Source: Thermovirgaceae bacterium
GTDB taxonomy: Bacteria; Synergistota; Synergistia; Synergistales; Thermovirgaceae
DNA: 64,000 bases
Assembly: GCA_040767805.1 (NCBI GenBank)
Contig: JAXGNU010000006.1
Location: 61,621-125,620, forward strand
Direction of reading: 5' to 3'
Part shown: in pieces, positions 1-10,234 of the stretch
How positions within the stretch are numbered: position 1 is the first letter of the stretch
How the letters are laid out: every line of letters starts with the position of its first letter
Translations under genes and position numbers: made by a program
Notes under the pieces: model-generated
What the model was told of the DNA's origin: nothing
Databases searched by the model: none
What the model saw: the letters and a program-made list of their open reading frames with translations, nothing else

Positions 1-130
1 TGACCCAGGCGATGATCATCTTGTGGGCCTGCTTGGCCAACTCGGTGAACTGCCCGGGCCTGGCGTGGTCATTCCACCTCGTCATCGAGGCCGCCGAAAA
101 AAGGGTCTCCACCACGGCGGGCGTTATCAT
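1..130 (-). CDS. HD-domain protein, N-terminus only (runs off window edge)
   Basis: Manual translation from ATG130: MITPAVVETLFSAASMTRWNDHARPGQFTELAKQAHKMIIAWV; RWNDH..P/ELxKQAHK pattern of HD-domain proteins; GGGAGG RBS. Confidence 0.7.
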   Translation of the reverse strand, partial: MITPAVVETLFSAASMTRWNDHARPGQFTELAKQAHKMIIAWV

Positions 131-345
131 GGCCGGATCCTCCCTTGGGGGCGCCGCTCGCCCCGTCAACTGGTTCCCTAACATTATCATCCTGGGGGAT
201 GAGGAGGCAATGAAAAGGTCCGACGCCCCGAGGCTGCGAAAAAAGCGGGGTGTGCCCCTCGAGGGGGGATTACAAAGTCGCCCCCGGTAACGCCGGGGCC
301 GGGATCCGCACCTATCGCCGAGCAAGGACCCCTGGGAAGCGGCAC

Positions 346-1053
346 CTAGCCCCCTAGGTAGGCTCTCCGGATCTCCGGGTCCCGGGCAAGGTCCGGGCCG
401 GGCCCGCTCTTGACGAAAACCCCCGCCTCCAGGATGTACCCCCTGTCGCTTATCTCGAGAGCCTGGGTCGCGTTCTGTTCCACCATCAGCACCGTCACCC
501 CCTCGTCCCTGATGCGGGCGATGGTCTCCATGACGGCCTCCACCAGGAGGGGCGCCAAACCCAGGGTGGGCTCGTCCAGCAGCAGTATTTCGGGCCCGCT
601 CATGAGGGCGCGGGAGATGGCCAGCATCTGCTGCTCACCCCCGGAGAGGGTGCCCGAGCGCTGGGAGAGCCTCTCCCGCAGGATGGGGAAGAGTTCAAAG
701 CACCTTTCCATCTCCGCCTCGATCTCATCGCCGCCGGCCCTCCGGTAAGCGCCCATGAGGAGGTTCTCCCGGACGGTGAGGGCCGAGAAGAGCCGCCTCC
801 TCTCCGGGACCAGGGCGAGGCCCAGGGCCACCACCTCGTGGGGCTTCCTCGGCATGGGGCTCCCCTTGATGGCGACCCGGCCGCCGGAGGGGGGGACGAC
901 CCCCGCCAGGGTCCACATGATAGTGGACTTGCCGGCCCCGTTGGAGCCCACGATGGACACGATCTCCCCCTCCTCCACCGGGAAGGAGACCCCCTGGACG
1001 GCGTGGATCGTCCCGTAGTGGACGTGGAGGTCCTCGACGAGCAGCGCCTTCAT
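346..1053 (-). CDS. livF: Branched-chain amino acid ABC transporter ATPase
   Basis: GSNGAGKST Walker A, LSGGEQQM signature, LLLDEPTLGLAP, VEQN. Confidence 0.92.
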   Translation of the reverse strand: MKALLVEDLHVHYGTIHAVQGVSFPVEEGEIVSIVGSNGAGKSTIMWTLAGVVPPSGGRVAIKGSPMPRKPHEVVALGLALVPERRRLFSALTVRENLLMGAYRRAGGDEIEAEMERCFELFPILRERLSQRSGTLSGGEQQMLAISRALMSGPEILLLDEPTLGLAPLLVEAVMETIARIRDEGVTVLMVEQNATQALEISDRGYILEAGVFVKSGPGPDLARDPEIRRAYLGG

Positions 1054-1838
1054 CGCCGGCCCCTCCCCTTCCCGAGGTAGGCCGCCACCACGGCGGGGTC
1101 GGCCCTCACCTCATCGGGCGTCCCCCTGGCGAGAAGGGCGCCGAAGTTCATGACTACGATGGGGGAGCAGATGTTCATCACCAGGTCCATGTGGTGCTCG
1201 ATGAGGAGGATCGTCACCTGGAACCGCTCCCGGACCTCGGCGATGAGGTCGGCCAGGCCCCGGGTCTCCTCGGGGTTCATCCCCGCCGCCGGCTCGTCCA
1301 GGAGGAGGAGGGAGGGCTCCGTCGCCAGGGCCCTGGCGATCTCCAGCTTCCTCTGGAACCCGTAGGGGAGGTTGTCGGCCTGGGTCGAGGCGAACCTCTC
1401 AAGCCCCAGCACCTCGAGGAGCCCCAGGGCCCTTTCGCGGAGTTCCCTCTCCAGGCGCCGCGTCGACGGCGTCCCCAGGAGGGAGCCCAGGAAGCTGCAC
1501 CGCTCCCTCTGGAAGAGGGGCGTCAGGACGTTGTCCAGGCAGCTCCTCCTGTTGAAGAGGCGGATATTCTGGAAGGTCCTGGCTATCCCCCTTCGGACCA
1601 CCCTGTCGGGCCTCAGCCCCGTGATGCTCTCGCCCCTGAAGAGCACCGAGCCAGCCGTGGGCCGGTAGAGGCCGGTGACGATGTTGAACACCGTGGTCTT
1701 GCCTGCCCCGTTGGGCCCGATGATGCCGGTGATGCTCCCCTCGGCGACGTCGAAGGAGAGGGAATCCACGGCCCTTATGCCGTCGAAGTGCTTCGTGAGG
1801 CCCCGGACCGAGAAGAGGGGCGCCGCGGGGGCGTTCAC
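1050..1838 (-). CDS. livG: Branched-chain amino acid ABC transporter ATPase
   Basis: GTG start overlaps livM stop (GTGA); GPNGAGKTT, RTFQNIRLF, LPYGFQRKLE, DEPAAGMN. Confidence 0.9.
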   Translation of the reverse strand: MNAPAAPLFSVRGLTKHFDGIRAVDSLSFDVAEGSITGIIGPNGAGKTTVFNIVTGLYRPTAGSVLFRGESITGLRPDRVVRRGIARTFQNIRLFNRRSCLDNVLTPLFQRERCSFLGSLLGTPSTRRLERELRERALGLLEVLGLERFASTQADNLPYGFQRKLEIARALATEPSLLLLDEPAAGMNPEETRGLADLIAEVRERFQVTILLIEHHMDLVMNICSPIVVMNFGALLARGTPDEVRADPAVVAAYLGKGRGRR

Positions 1839-2698
1839 GGCCGCCTCCCCGCCGCCGGGCCCGTCTCCTTGCCCCAGAGCGACGATAATTCCCGGTAGCC
1901 CATGAGGCCCTGGGGCCGGTAGACCATGATCACCACCAGGAGCAGCCCGTAGGCCACGAGGCGCCACATCTGGGCCACCCTGAGGGCCTCGGGGAGGGCG
2001 ATGAAGACGAAGGAGGCTATCAGCGGTCCGGTGATGCTCCCCATCCCGCCGGCGATCACCGCCGCCAGCAGCTGGGTGGACTGGGTGAGGGTGAACATCA
2101 CCGGCTGGATGAAGGAGAGGAAGTGGGCCAGGAGTCCGCCGGAGAGGCCGCAGTAGACCGCGCTGACCACCAGGGAGAGCAGGCGGGTCCGGAAGAGCCG
2201 CACTCCGGACAACTCGGCCGCCACGGGGTCCTCCCGGACCGCCACGCAGGCCACGCCCCACCGGGAGCGCAGGAAGTTCCGCGCTACGACCACGCCGCCG
2301 GCCAGGCAGAGGAGCACCACCGGGAGGGTGGTGTAATTGTCGATACCCGGGAGCCCCCGGGCGCCGTTGGTGATTTCCAGGTTCTCCAGGATGACCCTCA
2401 GGGCCTCGCCGAAGCCGAGGATGGCTATGGCGAAGTAGTCGCTCCTCAGCTTCGCCCGCAGGGTGGGCACCCCGATGACGAGACTCACGGCGCCCGCCGC
2501 CGCCGCCCCCGCCGCCAGGGCCAGCGGGAAGGGCACGGGGTAGTAGTAGGTCAGGACGGCCGAGGTGTAGGCGCCGACGCCGACGAAGGCGGCGTGTCCG
2601 AAGGAGAACAGCCCCGTGAAGCCCGTGAATATGGAGAGGCCCAGCACGGCTATCATGTTTATGCAAGCCAGCGCCACGATGGAAAGGATGTAGTCCAC
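1835..2698 (-). CDS. livM: Branched-chain amino acid ABC permease
   Basis: GLFSFGHAAFVGVGAY, DYFAIAILGFGE, GGMGS; GTG start 2698. Confidence 0.9.
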   Translation of the reverse strand: MDYILSIVALACINMIAVLGLSIFTGFTGLFSFGHAAFVGVGAYTSAVLTYYYPVPFPLALAAGAAAAGAVSLVIGVPTLRAKLRSDYFAIAILGFGEALRVILENLEITNGARGLPGIDNYTTLPVVLLCLAGGVVVARNFLRSRWGVACVAVREDPVAAELSGVRLFRTRLLSLVVSAVYCGLSGGLLAHFLSFIQPVMFTLTQSTQLLAAVIAGGMGSITGPLIASFVFIALPEALRVAQMWRLVAYGLLLVVIMVYRPQGLMGYRELSSLWGKETGPAAGRRP

Positions 2699-2700
2699 GG

Positions 2701-3573
2701 CTAGACCTTGTCCTCGCTGTCGATGCCCATGAGGCCGTTGGGCCTCCAGACCAGGAAGGCGATGAGCAGGGTGAAGCTGAAGACGTCCCTGAGGACGCTC
2801 GACACGTAGGTGGAGACGAAGGTCTCCACCATCCCCAGGATGAGCCCGCCGGCCAGCGCCCCCGGGAGGCTCCCCAGCCCCCCGATGACGGCGGCTATGT
2901 AGGCCTTGTTGGTCACCCAGCCCATGGTGGGATAGACCAGGTACTTCACCCCCAGGAAGACGCCCGCCACCCCGGCGAAGCCCCCGGCGAGGAGGAAGAC
3001 GACGGCGATGAGCCTGTTGAGGTCCACCCCCATGAGGGAGCACATGGTCATGTCGCAGACGCCGGCGCGGATGGCGATGCCCGTCCGGGTCCGCCTGATG
3101 AAGAGGTGCAGCCCGAGGATGGCCAGCAGCGCGAAGAGGAAGGCGCCGCCGTCGAGAAGGCTGACGCTGCTCCCCCAGAGGTTCACCACCTGCCTCCCGA
3201 AGAACTCCGGGAAGGCGTAAAAGCGGGAGCCTATGGTGGCGTAGACCAGGTTCTCCAGGAAGACGGCGCACCCCATGGCGCTGATCATCAGGTAGAGGGA
3301 GGGGGCCTTGCGCCCCCTCAGGCTCGAGTAGGCCAGTTTCTCGTTCAGGACGGCTATGATGCCGGCCCCGGCCACGCTACCGGCCAGGACGAGGCCGAAG
3401 CCCAGGTTGAGCTTCGTGGCCAGGGCCAGCCCCACGTAGGCGCCGAGCATGATGACCGCGCCGTGGGCGAAGTTGCTGAAGTTCAGCACGCTGAAGACCA
3501 GCGAATAGCCCACGGCCATCAGGGCGTAGATGCCGCCGATGGAAAGACCCGTTATTACCGTCTGGAGGAACAC
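2701..3573 (-). CDS. livH: Branched-chain amino acid ABC permease
   Basis: YALMAVGYSL..NFAHG, GGLGSLPGA, RPNGLMG. Confidence 0.92.
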   Translation of the reverse strand: MFLQTVITGLSIGGIYALMAVGYSLVFSVLNFSNFAHGAVIMLGAYVGLALATKLNLGFGLVLAGSVAGAGIIAVLNEKLAYSSLRGRKAPSLYLMISAMGCAVFLENLVYATIGSRFYAFPEFFGRQVVNLWGSSVSLLDGGAFLFALLAILGLHLFIRRTRTGIAIRAGVCDMTMCSLMGVDLNRLIAVVFLLAGGFAGVAGVFLGVKYLVYPTMGWVTNKAYIAAVIGGLGSLPGALAGGLILGMVETFVSTYVSSVLRDVFSFTLLIAFLVWRPNGLMGIDSEDKV

Positions 3574-3600
3574 TCGCTCTTCACGCCGCCCTTTTCCCGG

Positions 3601-4755
3601 TTAGTCCACGGAGACGTACTTCTTGACGAACTTGAAGGTCCTGCCGGCCACGTCCACCTGCTGGATCACGGCGGGCTTGTCCAGCGGGTCGTGGTCCTCG
3701 GGGCTGATCGTCAGGACCCCGCTGGTCACCTTTATATCCTTGAGGTTCGCCAAGGCCTCGGCGACCTTCGCGCCGTCGGTGCTCTCCGCCGCCTTCATGG
3801 CCTCGACGATCATGATCAGGGCGTCCTGGGCCATGACAGGGTTGGGGAGTACGGGGTCTTCACCGAAGGCGGCCCGGTATTCGGCGACGAAGTCCTGGAT
3901 GTCGGGGTCGGCGAGGTCCGTCAGGTTGACAAAGTAGCCGCCGTCTATGGCGCTGCCGCCGAGGTCGATGAGGTCGGGGCTGCCCCAGTTGTCGGTGCCG
4001 AGGAGCGTGGCCTTTATGCCGATGTCCCTGGCTTGCTTGGCGGCCATGGCGGCCTCCTTCTGGCTCGTGGGGATGAAGATGACGTCGGGGGCCAGTTCCT
4101 TGATCTTCCCGAGCTGGGCCCGGTAGTCGAGCTCTTCCGTGCGGAAGGCCTCCTTGGCCACGATGGTGCCGCCCTTAGCGGCGAAGGCCTCCTCGAAGTA
4201 CTTCGCGAGCCACTGGCCGTAGTCGGAGCCCACGTCGTAGAGGATGGCCCCCTTCCTGGCCCCCAGGTCGGTGATGGCGAACCGCGCCGCCACGGTGCCC
4301 TGGAAGGGATCGATGAAGCAGGGGCGGAAGGCGAAGGGCCTGACCTTGCCGGTCTTCTGGTCGATCGTCACGTAGGGGTTGGTGGCCGTGGTGACCACCA
4401 TGGGTATGCCGGCCTTCTCGAGCACCGGGGCGGTGGCGATGGAGTTGCCGCTCTGGGCGGGGCCGATGACGGCCGCGACGCCGTCGGTGACGAGCCTCCT
4501 GGCGACGTTGACCGACTCCACGGCGTCGTTGCGGTTATCGTAGCGGACGAACTCGATCCTCTTCCCGAGGACCCCGCCGGCCTCGTTGATCTTCCCGGCC
4601 AGCATATCGAGGGCCCTGGCCTCGGACTGCCCCCACATGGAGGCGCCCCCCGTCAGGGAGACGGTGTGCCCTATCCTGATGACGTCGGCCGCCGGGGCTG
4701 TTCCTGCGAGGGCGACCAGGATAAGCGCTGCCAACAGTGCTGCGGTCCTTCTCAT
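3601..4755 (-). CDS. ABC substrate-binding protein, LivK/LivJ-like
   Basis: Signal peptide, IRIG..SLTGG, INEAGGVLG; first structural gene of the liv cluster. Confidence 0.9.
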   Translation of the reverse strand: MRRTAALLAALILVALAGTAPAADVIRIGHTVSLTGGASMWGQSEARALDMLAGKINEAGGVLGKRIEFVRYDNRNDAVESVNVARRLVTDGVAAVIGPAQSGNSIATAPVLEKAGIPMVVTTATNPYVTIDQKTGKVRPFAFRPCFIDPFQGTVAARFAITDLGARKGAILYDVGSDYGQWLAKYFEEAFAAKGGTIVAKEAFRTEELDYRAQLGKIKELAPDVIFIPTSQKEAAMAAKQARDIGIKATLLGTDNWGSPDLIDLGGSAIDGGYFVNLTDLADPDIQDFVAEYRAAFGEDPVLPNPVMAQDALIMIVEAMKAAESTDGAKVAEALANLKDIKVTSGVLTISPEDHDPLDKPAVIQQVDVAGRTFKFVKKYVSVD

Positions 4756-4812
4756 CTCTTACCCCTCCTTGGGTTTTGACCCGGTATCCCCCGGCGATAG
4801 CCTGACCGGGGG

Positions 4813-5586
4813 TCATTTCGGACGGTTCGTGACTTTTCGGCTCCCCAGGCCCGCGGGAAGGTCCCTTACGTGGTCCTTCCAGTAGGTGCTCACGTCCCTG
4901 ATGACGTTGTCGATGTGCCTTGTCATGGCGGCCTCGGCGGCCAAGGGGTCGCCGGCGGCGATCGCCTCGTAGACCGCCTCGTGGTCCGCCCCTACCCTGC
5001 TTCCCACCTTTGTCCTGATGTACTCGAAGAAGGAGGCCCCCTCGCCACTCTTGCGGATTATCCCTATGGCCGACTGGAGGACCTTGTTGCCCGAGATCCG
5101 GGCCACCTCTTCGTGGAACTCGCCGTCGGTGGAGGCCATGGGCTCCCCCCTGGCCAGTAGGGCGTTCTGCCTGTCCAGGATGTCCCTCAGGGCCGCCACG
5201 TCCCCAGCGGTCCGAAGCCTCGCCGCCAGGGCCGCCATCTCCCGCTCGATGGCCCTCCTGGCCACGAGTATCTCCAGGAGCATCTCCCTCTCGCGGGACT
5301 TCACGGCTTCGAGGAAGGCCCCGGTGGAGACGATCTGTTCCCTCTCGGACTGGAGAAGCGAGAGCCGTTCCTCCCCGGCGGCGGTGAGGAGACGGCCCTG
5401 GAAACCGACCCTGGTGGTGAAGCCCCTGCCGTCAAGGCCGCGGAGCAGGCGCCCCACGGAGGCCTCGCTGAGGTCCATACCGTTCTTAGCCAGTTCCTCC
5501 CGGATGGAGCCCGCCCCGAGGGGTTCCGCCGAAACCGAGAGAAGGTGAAGAACGAAGTACTCCTGCTCTGCGAATTCCTGTGCCAT
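4813..5586 (-). CDS. FCD-domain (FadR/GntR-like) regulator with N-terminal winged helix
   Basis: LSEASVGRLLR..D..G HTH; RRAIE, DGEFH, HEAVYEAI, MTRHI FCD motifs; GGAGGG RBS before ATG5586. Confidence 0.85.
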   Translation of the reverse strand: MAQEFAEQEYFVLHLLSVSAEPLGAGSIREELAKNGMDLSEASVGRLLRGLDGRGFTTRVGFQGRLLTAAGEERLSLLQSEREQIVSTGAFLEAVKSREREMLLEILVARRAIEREMAALAARLRTAGDVAALRDILDRQNALLARGEPMASTDGEFHEEVARISGNKVLQSAIGIIRKSGEGASFFEYIRTKVGSRVGADHEAVYEAIAAGDPLAAEAAMTRHIDNVIRDVSTYWKDHVRDLPAGLGSRKVTNRPK

Positions 5587-5862
5587 GGACCCTCCCGGAA
5601 TGTACCGCTCATCATTGATGACCGGCGACACTCACACCAGTTTATCGCCAGATCCCGTTTTGTCAAAGGCTTTCTTAGTCGGATCCTGGGTTCATTCCTT
5701 TCCTTCAGAGGTGAGAAATAAGGGTAAGTTACGCCCGATACCGGGCGGCCTAGTGAAGGCCGCCCCGGTGAAGAGGTAAAGACCAAAATGAAAAAAGGCC
5801 TTCGCAACCCCCTTCGTCGTGACAAGGGGGGCAAAGGCCCACGGAGCACGGAAGTTTACGGC

Positions 5863-7563
5863 CTAGCGCTCCCAGTAATGACAGCCCAAGCCCTCTTCCC
5901 TGGAACGGGCCCCCCATTCCGGCACGGGGGGGACGCACTCGTCCTCGGGGGGTACCACCAGTTCCAGCAGGGCCGGCCCCTTCCCTCCGAAGAAACCGGC
6001 GAGGGCCGAGGCCAGTTCTTCCCCCGTCGAAGCCCGGAAAAATTTGAGCCCGTAACTCCCGGCGAGGGCCCCGTAGTCGACCGCCCCCAGGTCGGTGGCG
6101 AAGTGGGGCTTGCCGTAACTGAAATAGTTCGTCGCCCTTATCCAGCCGAAACTGCCGTTGTTGAAGAGGACGATCTTGAGGTTCCTCCCCAGCCTGGCGG
6201 CGGTCTCCAGCTCCCCGGAGGTGAAGCCGAAGCTGCCGTCGCCTATGAAGTTAAGGACCGTCGTGCCGGGGCTCACGGCGTAGGTCGCCCCGATGGCGGC
6301 GCCGAGACCCCACCCCAGCGCCCCCATGGCGTAGTTGGTGGCGAAGTAGCGCCCTGCCTTGGGGACCCTCCAGAAGGCGGCGGGGTAGACGGCGCTCATC
6401 CCGGGGTCAGCGACCACCACGGAACCTTCGGGCATGGCGCCGGTCACCATCATGGTGGCCGATCGGGGGTCGAGGCAACCCCCCTCGGCCATGGGCTCCC
6501 CCTCGGCGGGGCGGCCCCGGAGCGGGGCCCCGCTCCCCTTCACCGGCAGTGCCAGGTCATCGGCGGCCTCGAGGATGGCCACCAGGGTGGCCTTCACATC
6601 CCCGTGAAGCAGGAGGCCGTCGCCGAAGGAGTTGCCCAAGTCGCCCTCGGATATGTTCAGGTGGATGAAGCGGACCCGCCCGGGCTCCCGGGGGAGTTTC
6701 CACCCGTCGGTGGCCACCGAGTCGGTGCTGCAGCCCACGTAGAAGACCAGCCCCGCCCCATCGAGGAAGGAGTTCGAGAAGTCCGTGCTCCCCCTGGAAC
6801 CGATCACGCCCACCGAAAGGGGGTGGAGTTCGCCGATGCTCCCCTTCCCGTTGATCGTCGTGGCCGTGGCGAGGCCGAACCTCTCGGCGACGCGCTCGAC
6901 CTCCTCCCAGGCCCTCGATGTGAGGACGCCCTGGCCGCAGACCATGACTCCCTTCTCACAGGCCGCAAGCCGGCGGGCGGCCTCGGCGACCTCCTCCCAG
7001 CAGGGCAGGGGCCGCGTCCCCGGGCACAGCCCGAAACGCTCCTGGGCAGGCGGCAGCGGCTGCCCGACCTCCTGGGCCAGCACGTCCTGGGGGAGCCTCA
7101 GGTGCACCGGGCCGGGGCATCCCGAGACGGCCACGCGGAAAGCCCTGCGGACCAGGAAGGGCACGTCGTCGCCGCGGTGGGCCGTGAGGCTCTCCTTCGC
7201 GAAGGGGGTGAAGAGCGACCCCTGCTCAAAGCCGGTGAGGGCGTTGCGCTTCTCCACCCCCAGGGGGATGTCCGTCGTCAGGACCACCAAGGGAATCGAG
7301 GACCGGCGGGCCTCGACGACGCCGGGCACCATGTGGGCCGCCCCGACACTCGGCCCCTCGCAGACGCCGGGGCGTCCGCTGACGCGGGCGTACCCGTCGG
7401 CCATGTACACCGCGTGGCGCTCGTCGCGGGCCATGACGTGGGTGACCTTTTCGAACCTCTTCCACTCGTCGTAAAGGCCCAGGGTCGTCTCGCCGGGGAG
7501 GCCGAAGACGTACTCCACCCCGTAGCGGTGGAGCATCTCCAGAAGTGCGCGGGCAGCGTTCAT
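5863..7563 (-). CDS. Thiamine-pyrophosphate-binding enzyme (acetolactate synthase-like family)
   Basis: VFGLPGE, RDERHAVYMADGYAR, GDGSF...NNG ThDP motif. Confidence 0.88.
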   Translation of the reverse strand: MNAARALLEMLHRYGVEYVFGLPGETTLGLYDEWKRFEKVTHVMARDERHAVYMADGYARVSGRPGVCEGPSVGAAHMVPGVVEARRSSIPLVVLTTDIPLGVEKRNALTGFEQGSLFTPFAKESLTAHRGDDVPFLVRRAFRVAVSGCPGPVHLRLPQDVLAQEVGQPLPPAQERFGLCPGTRPLPCWEEVAEAARRLAACEKGVMVCGQGVLTSRAWEEVERVAERFGLATATTINGKGSIGELHPLSVGVIGSRGSTDFSNSFLDGAGLVFYVGCSTDSVATDGWKLPREPGRVRFIHLNISEGDLGNSFGDGLLLHGDVKATLVAILEAADDLALPVKGSGAPLRGRPAEGEPMAEGGCLDPRSATMMVTGAMPEGSVVVADPGMSAVYPAAFWRVPKAGRYFATNYAMGALGWGLGAAIGATYAVSPGTTVLNFIGDGSFGFTSGELETAARLGRNLKIVLFNNGSFGWIRATNYFSYGKPHFATDLGAVDYGALAGSYGLKFFRASTGEELASALAGFFGGKGPALLELVVPPEDECVPPVPEWGARSREEGLGCHYWER

Positions 7564-7650
7564 CGAATACACCCTCTCCTTGGTTTCCTACTCCCCCTCC
7601 CCCGGCGGCTCCCGCGGGGAGGGGGGTGCGAAAAGCCGGGACCGGCGCTC

Positions 7651-8259
7651 TTAAAAGAGGCTCTTTCCCCACTGGTCGGAGAAGACCGTCTCCTCCAGTT
7701 CCTTCCTCACCCTGGGAGCCATCTCCTCTTCCCTGTCATCGGGAGGGAGCGTATCGGGGTCCCCCTCCTTGCCTATCACGAAGGCCGCCATGGGCCTGAA
7801 GCCCTCGGGCACCCCGAAGGCCGCCCGGACCCTGTCGCGGCTGAACCCCGCCATGACATGGACCGACCAGCCCATGGACTCGGCCTGGATTATCAGCTGG
7901 GCCATGGCGAGGCCGCAGTCGAGGCCGGACCAAGGGTTGGGTTTCTCGTTGTACTCGAAGGCCTCCCTCATGACCTGGAAGGCCAGCAGCGGGGTGTTGC
8001 GGACCCAGGCCGCGTTCGCCTCGGTCAGGCACCCCAGCGCCCTGGAAAAGGCCTCGGGGTCGTCCCTGGTGGTCACCAGGTACCTCCAGGGCTGGTTGTT
8101 GTAGCACGAAGGGGCCCACCGGGCGGCCTCGAACATCGATATCAGTTCGTCCTCGGTAGGGACCTCCAGTTTGAAGGCTTTGGGGCTCCATCGCTTGGCC
8201 AGGAGTTCCATTATGGGTCTACGCGTCTTGGCGGGCTCCCTGGACGTGTGCAAAGTCAT
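7651..8259 (-). CDS. Nitroreductase family protein
   Basis: RWSPKAF, EAARWAPSCYNNQPWRY, HVMAGF. Confidence 0.9.
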   Translation of the reverse strand: MTLHTSREPAKTRRPIMELLAKRWSPKAFKLEVPTEDELISMFEAARWAPSCYNNQPWRYLVTTRDDPEAFSRALGCLTEANAAWVRNTPLLAFQVMREAFEYNEKPNPWSGLDCGLAMAQLIIQAESMGWSVHVMAGFSRDRVRAAFGVPEGFRPMAAFVIGKEGDPDTLPPDDREEEMAPRVRKELEETVFSDQWGKSLF

Positions 8260-8424
8260 CACTCTTGTCCTCCTCTCAAGGTGCCGGTGAAATGATTTCC
8301 GTGCCGGGCGACCGGGATGATACCTGCCCATTTTAGCAAAAGGGGGGACCCGGGAGCCCACCCATTTCCCTGGGTTATAATGACCCTTGCAAGGGAGGAT
8401 ATCCCCAAAAGCAGGAGTGAGGTC

Positions 8425-9816
8425 ATGAAGTACGATGTGATCATAGTGGGGGCCGGGCCTTCGGGGCTCTTCGCCGCCCGGGAACTGGCGGCGGCGGGCA
8501 AAAAGGTGGCGATCCTGGACAAGGGGAAGGGCATAGAGGACAGGCATTGCCCCCTGAAGGAGGGAAAAAGCGACACCTGCGTCCACTGCAAGCCCTGCAA
8601 CGTCACCTCCGGTTGGGGCGGGGCCGGTTCCTTCAGCGACGGTAAGCTGACCCTCACCCCCGAGTTCGGCGGCAACCTGGAGCAGTACGTCGGCCGGGGG
8701 GAGCTGGTGGAACTCATAAACGTCGTGGACGGCATCTTCGTGAAGCACGGCGCCAGCCGGAAGGTTTTCTCCCCCGACCCGGTCTTCGCGAGGGACCTGA
8801 CCACGAGGGCCAACACCGTGGGCCTCAGGATCATCCCCGCCCGGATAAGGCACATGGGGACGGACCGGTCCAAGGAGATCCTCCAAAGCATGTACCTGGA
8901 GATATCGCCCACCTGCGACATCATGATGGAGACCCCGGCCGATTCCGTCGTGGTCAGGGACGGCAGGGCCGCGGGGGTGAGGCTCGCCGACGGGAGCGTG
9001 CTGGAGGCGGGGGCGGTGCTCCTTGCGCCGGGCCGCGAGGGTTCCCCCTGGATGGAAAGGACCGTCGCCTCCCTGGGGCTGGAGATTAAGTCCCTGCCGG
9101 TGGATATCGGGGTCAGGGTGGAGATCCCCGCGGGGATAGCCGAGGCCGTCACGGACCAGTTCTACGAGGTCAAGGCGATCCTGGACACTCCCACCTTCGA
9201 CGACCAGGTCAGGACCTTCTGCATGTGCCCCTACGGCGAGGTCACCACGGAGTACATGGAGCAGCACGATATCCTGACCGTGAACGGCCACAGCAACCGC
9301 GGCGGCGACGGGCGCACGGGCAACACCAACTTCGCCATCCTGGTGAGCACCGATTTCACCGAACCCTTCAAGGACCCCAACGGGTACGGCAGCCACATTG
9401 CCAGGCTGGCCAACATGCTGGGGGGCGGTGTCCTGGTCCAGCGCCTGGGCGACCTCAAGCAGGGGCGGCGGTCCACACCCGGCCGGATAGCCAGGGGCCT
9501 GGTGGAGCCCACGCTGAAGACCGCCGAGCCCGGCGACCTGTCCTTCGTCCTGCCCTACAGGCACCTCAAGGGGATACTGGAGATGATCCAGGCCCTGGAC
9601 ATGATCATGCCGGGTATCAACGGCAAGCACACCCTTCTCTACGGCGTGGAGGTGAAGTTCTACAGCCTGAAGCTCGCCTTGGGCAGCGACCTGATGACCA
9701 GCGTGCCGGGGCTCTTCGCCTCCGGCGACGGCGCCGGCGTGACCAGGGGGGTCATCCAGGCCTCGGCCAGCGGCATCGTGGCCGCGAGAGGAATATTAAA
9801 GGACCTTGGAACATGA
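8425..9816 (+). CDS. FAD-dependent oxidoreductase
   Basis: GAGPSG Rossmann motif, GWGGAGSFSDGKL, VRTFCMCP, GDGAGVTRG. Confidence 0.88.
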   Translation: MKYDVIIVGAGPSGLFAARELAAAGKKVAILDKGKGIEDRHCPLKEGKSDTCVHCKPCNVTSGWGGAGSFSDGKLTLTPEFGGNLEQYVGRGELVELINVVDGIFVKHGASRKVFSPDPVFARDLTTRANTVGLRIIPARIRHMGTDRSKEILQSMYLEISPTCDIMMETPADSVVVRDGRAAGVRLADGSVLEAGAVLLAPGREGSPWMERTVASLGLEIKSLPVDIGVRVEIPAGIAEAVTDQFYEVKAILDTPTFDDQVRTFCMCPYGEVTTEYMEQHDILTVNGHSNRGGDGRTGNTNFAILVSTDFTEPFKDPNGYGSHIARLANMLGGGVLVQRLGDLKQGRRSTPGRIARGLVEPTLKTAEPGDLSFVLPYRHLKGILEMIQALDMIMPGINGKHTLLYGVEVKFYSLKLALGSDLMTSVPGLFASGDGAGVTRGVIQASASGIVAARGILKDLGT

Positions 9817-9833
9817 ATCGGGAATCGCAAATC
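9812..9833 (+). repeat. Degenerate heptamer tandem repeat (CGTGAAT-type)
   Basis: catgaat cgggaat cgcaaat; inverted relative to the array at 9985. Confidence 0.65.
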
Positions 9834-9984
9834 GGAAAACCTCCCGCGAGTTCATCGCGGGGTAAACGATAGAACACGGCAAAGGATGGAACCTAAGCCC
9901 CAAGCATGCATCGAAGATGAAGTTCTTCAGATCGTCTTGGAAACAATCCTTAATTTCTTGTTTCAAGCCTGGTGTTTTGGGAAC

Positions 9985-9998
9985 CACGATTCACGACT
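9985..9998. repeat. Heptamer array (CACGATT-type), left part; IS110 target site
   Basis: cacgatt cacgaCT joins in register to tacgatt cacgatt tacg at 11307 when the IS is removed. Confidence 0.85.
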
Positions 9999-10014
9999 CG
10001 TATATTCTTTCGTC

Positions 10015-10200
10015 GGTTCTAAAATGAACCCTGTAAGGCAGTAGGTTTCGGGACGGCGAAGACCGATTTACGACTGAGGCCCTAGAGCCTGTTCGTAAGA
10101 TAGGTCTAGTCGTTCCCACCGAGAACGGACGGTATGCTTGGGGCCCGGTAAGCCCGCATTTACGAGGCCGTTCCCTGGGAACAATGCCGTCCCGACAAAC
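10015..10200 (+). ncRNA. IS110 bridge RNA (approximate ends)
   Basis: Guides match target and donor: 10064-10075, 10093-10099, 10128-10135, 10161-10166; perfect closing stem 10048-10057/10186-10195. Confidence 0.88.
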
Positions 10201-10234
10201 CAACTGTAGCATTTCCTACGGGGGTGTTGAAGCT

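Noticed and set aside
12..290. 92-aa plus-strand ORF
   Set aside because: Overlaps the better-supported minus-strand HD-domain gene start and its upstream region
1050..3271. Apparent long N-terminal extensions of livG and livM
   Set aside because: They overlap upstream genes in other frames; GTG starts at 1838 and 2698 give normal sizes
5788..8295. Long antisense ORFs (also 3106-4779, 35636-38092, 52436-54139, 54699-56249)
   Set aside because: Shadow frames of well-supported opposite-strand genes in GC-rich DNA; no recognisable motifs
7651..9630. 659-aa nitroreductase fusion
   Set aside because: The N-terminal part is antisense to the FAD oxidoreductase; the real start is near 8259 with an RBS
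9796..10212. Short minus-strand ORFs upstream of the IS110 transposase
   Set aside because: No RBS or motif support; 9999-10234 is explained as the IS left end and bridge RNA
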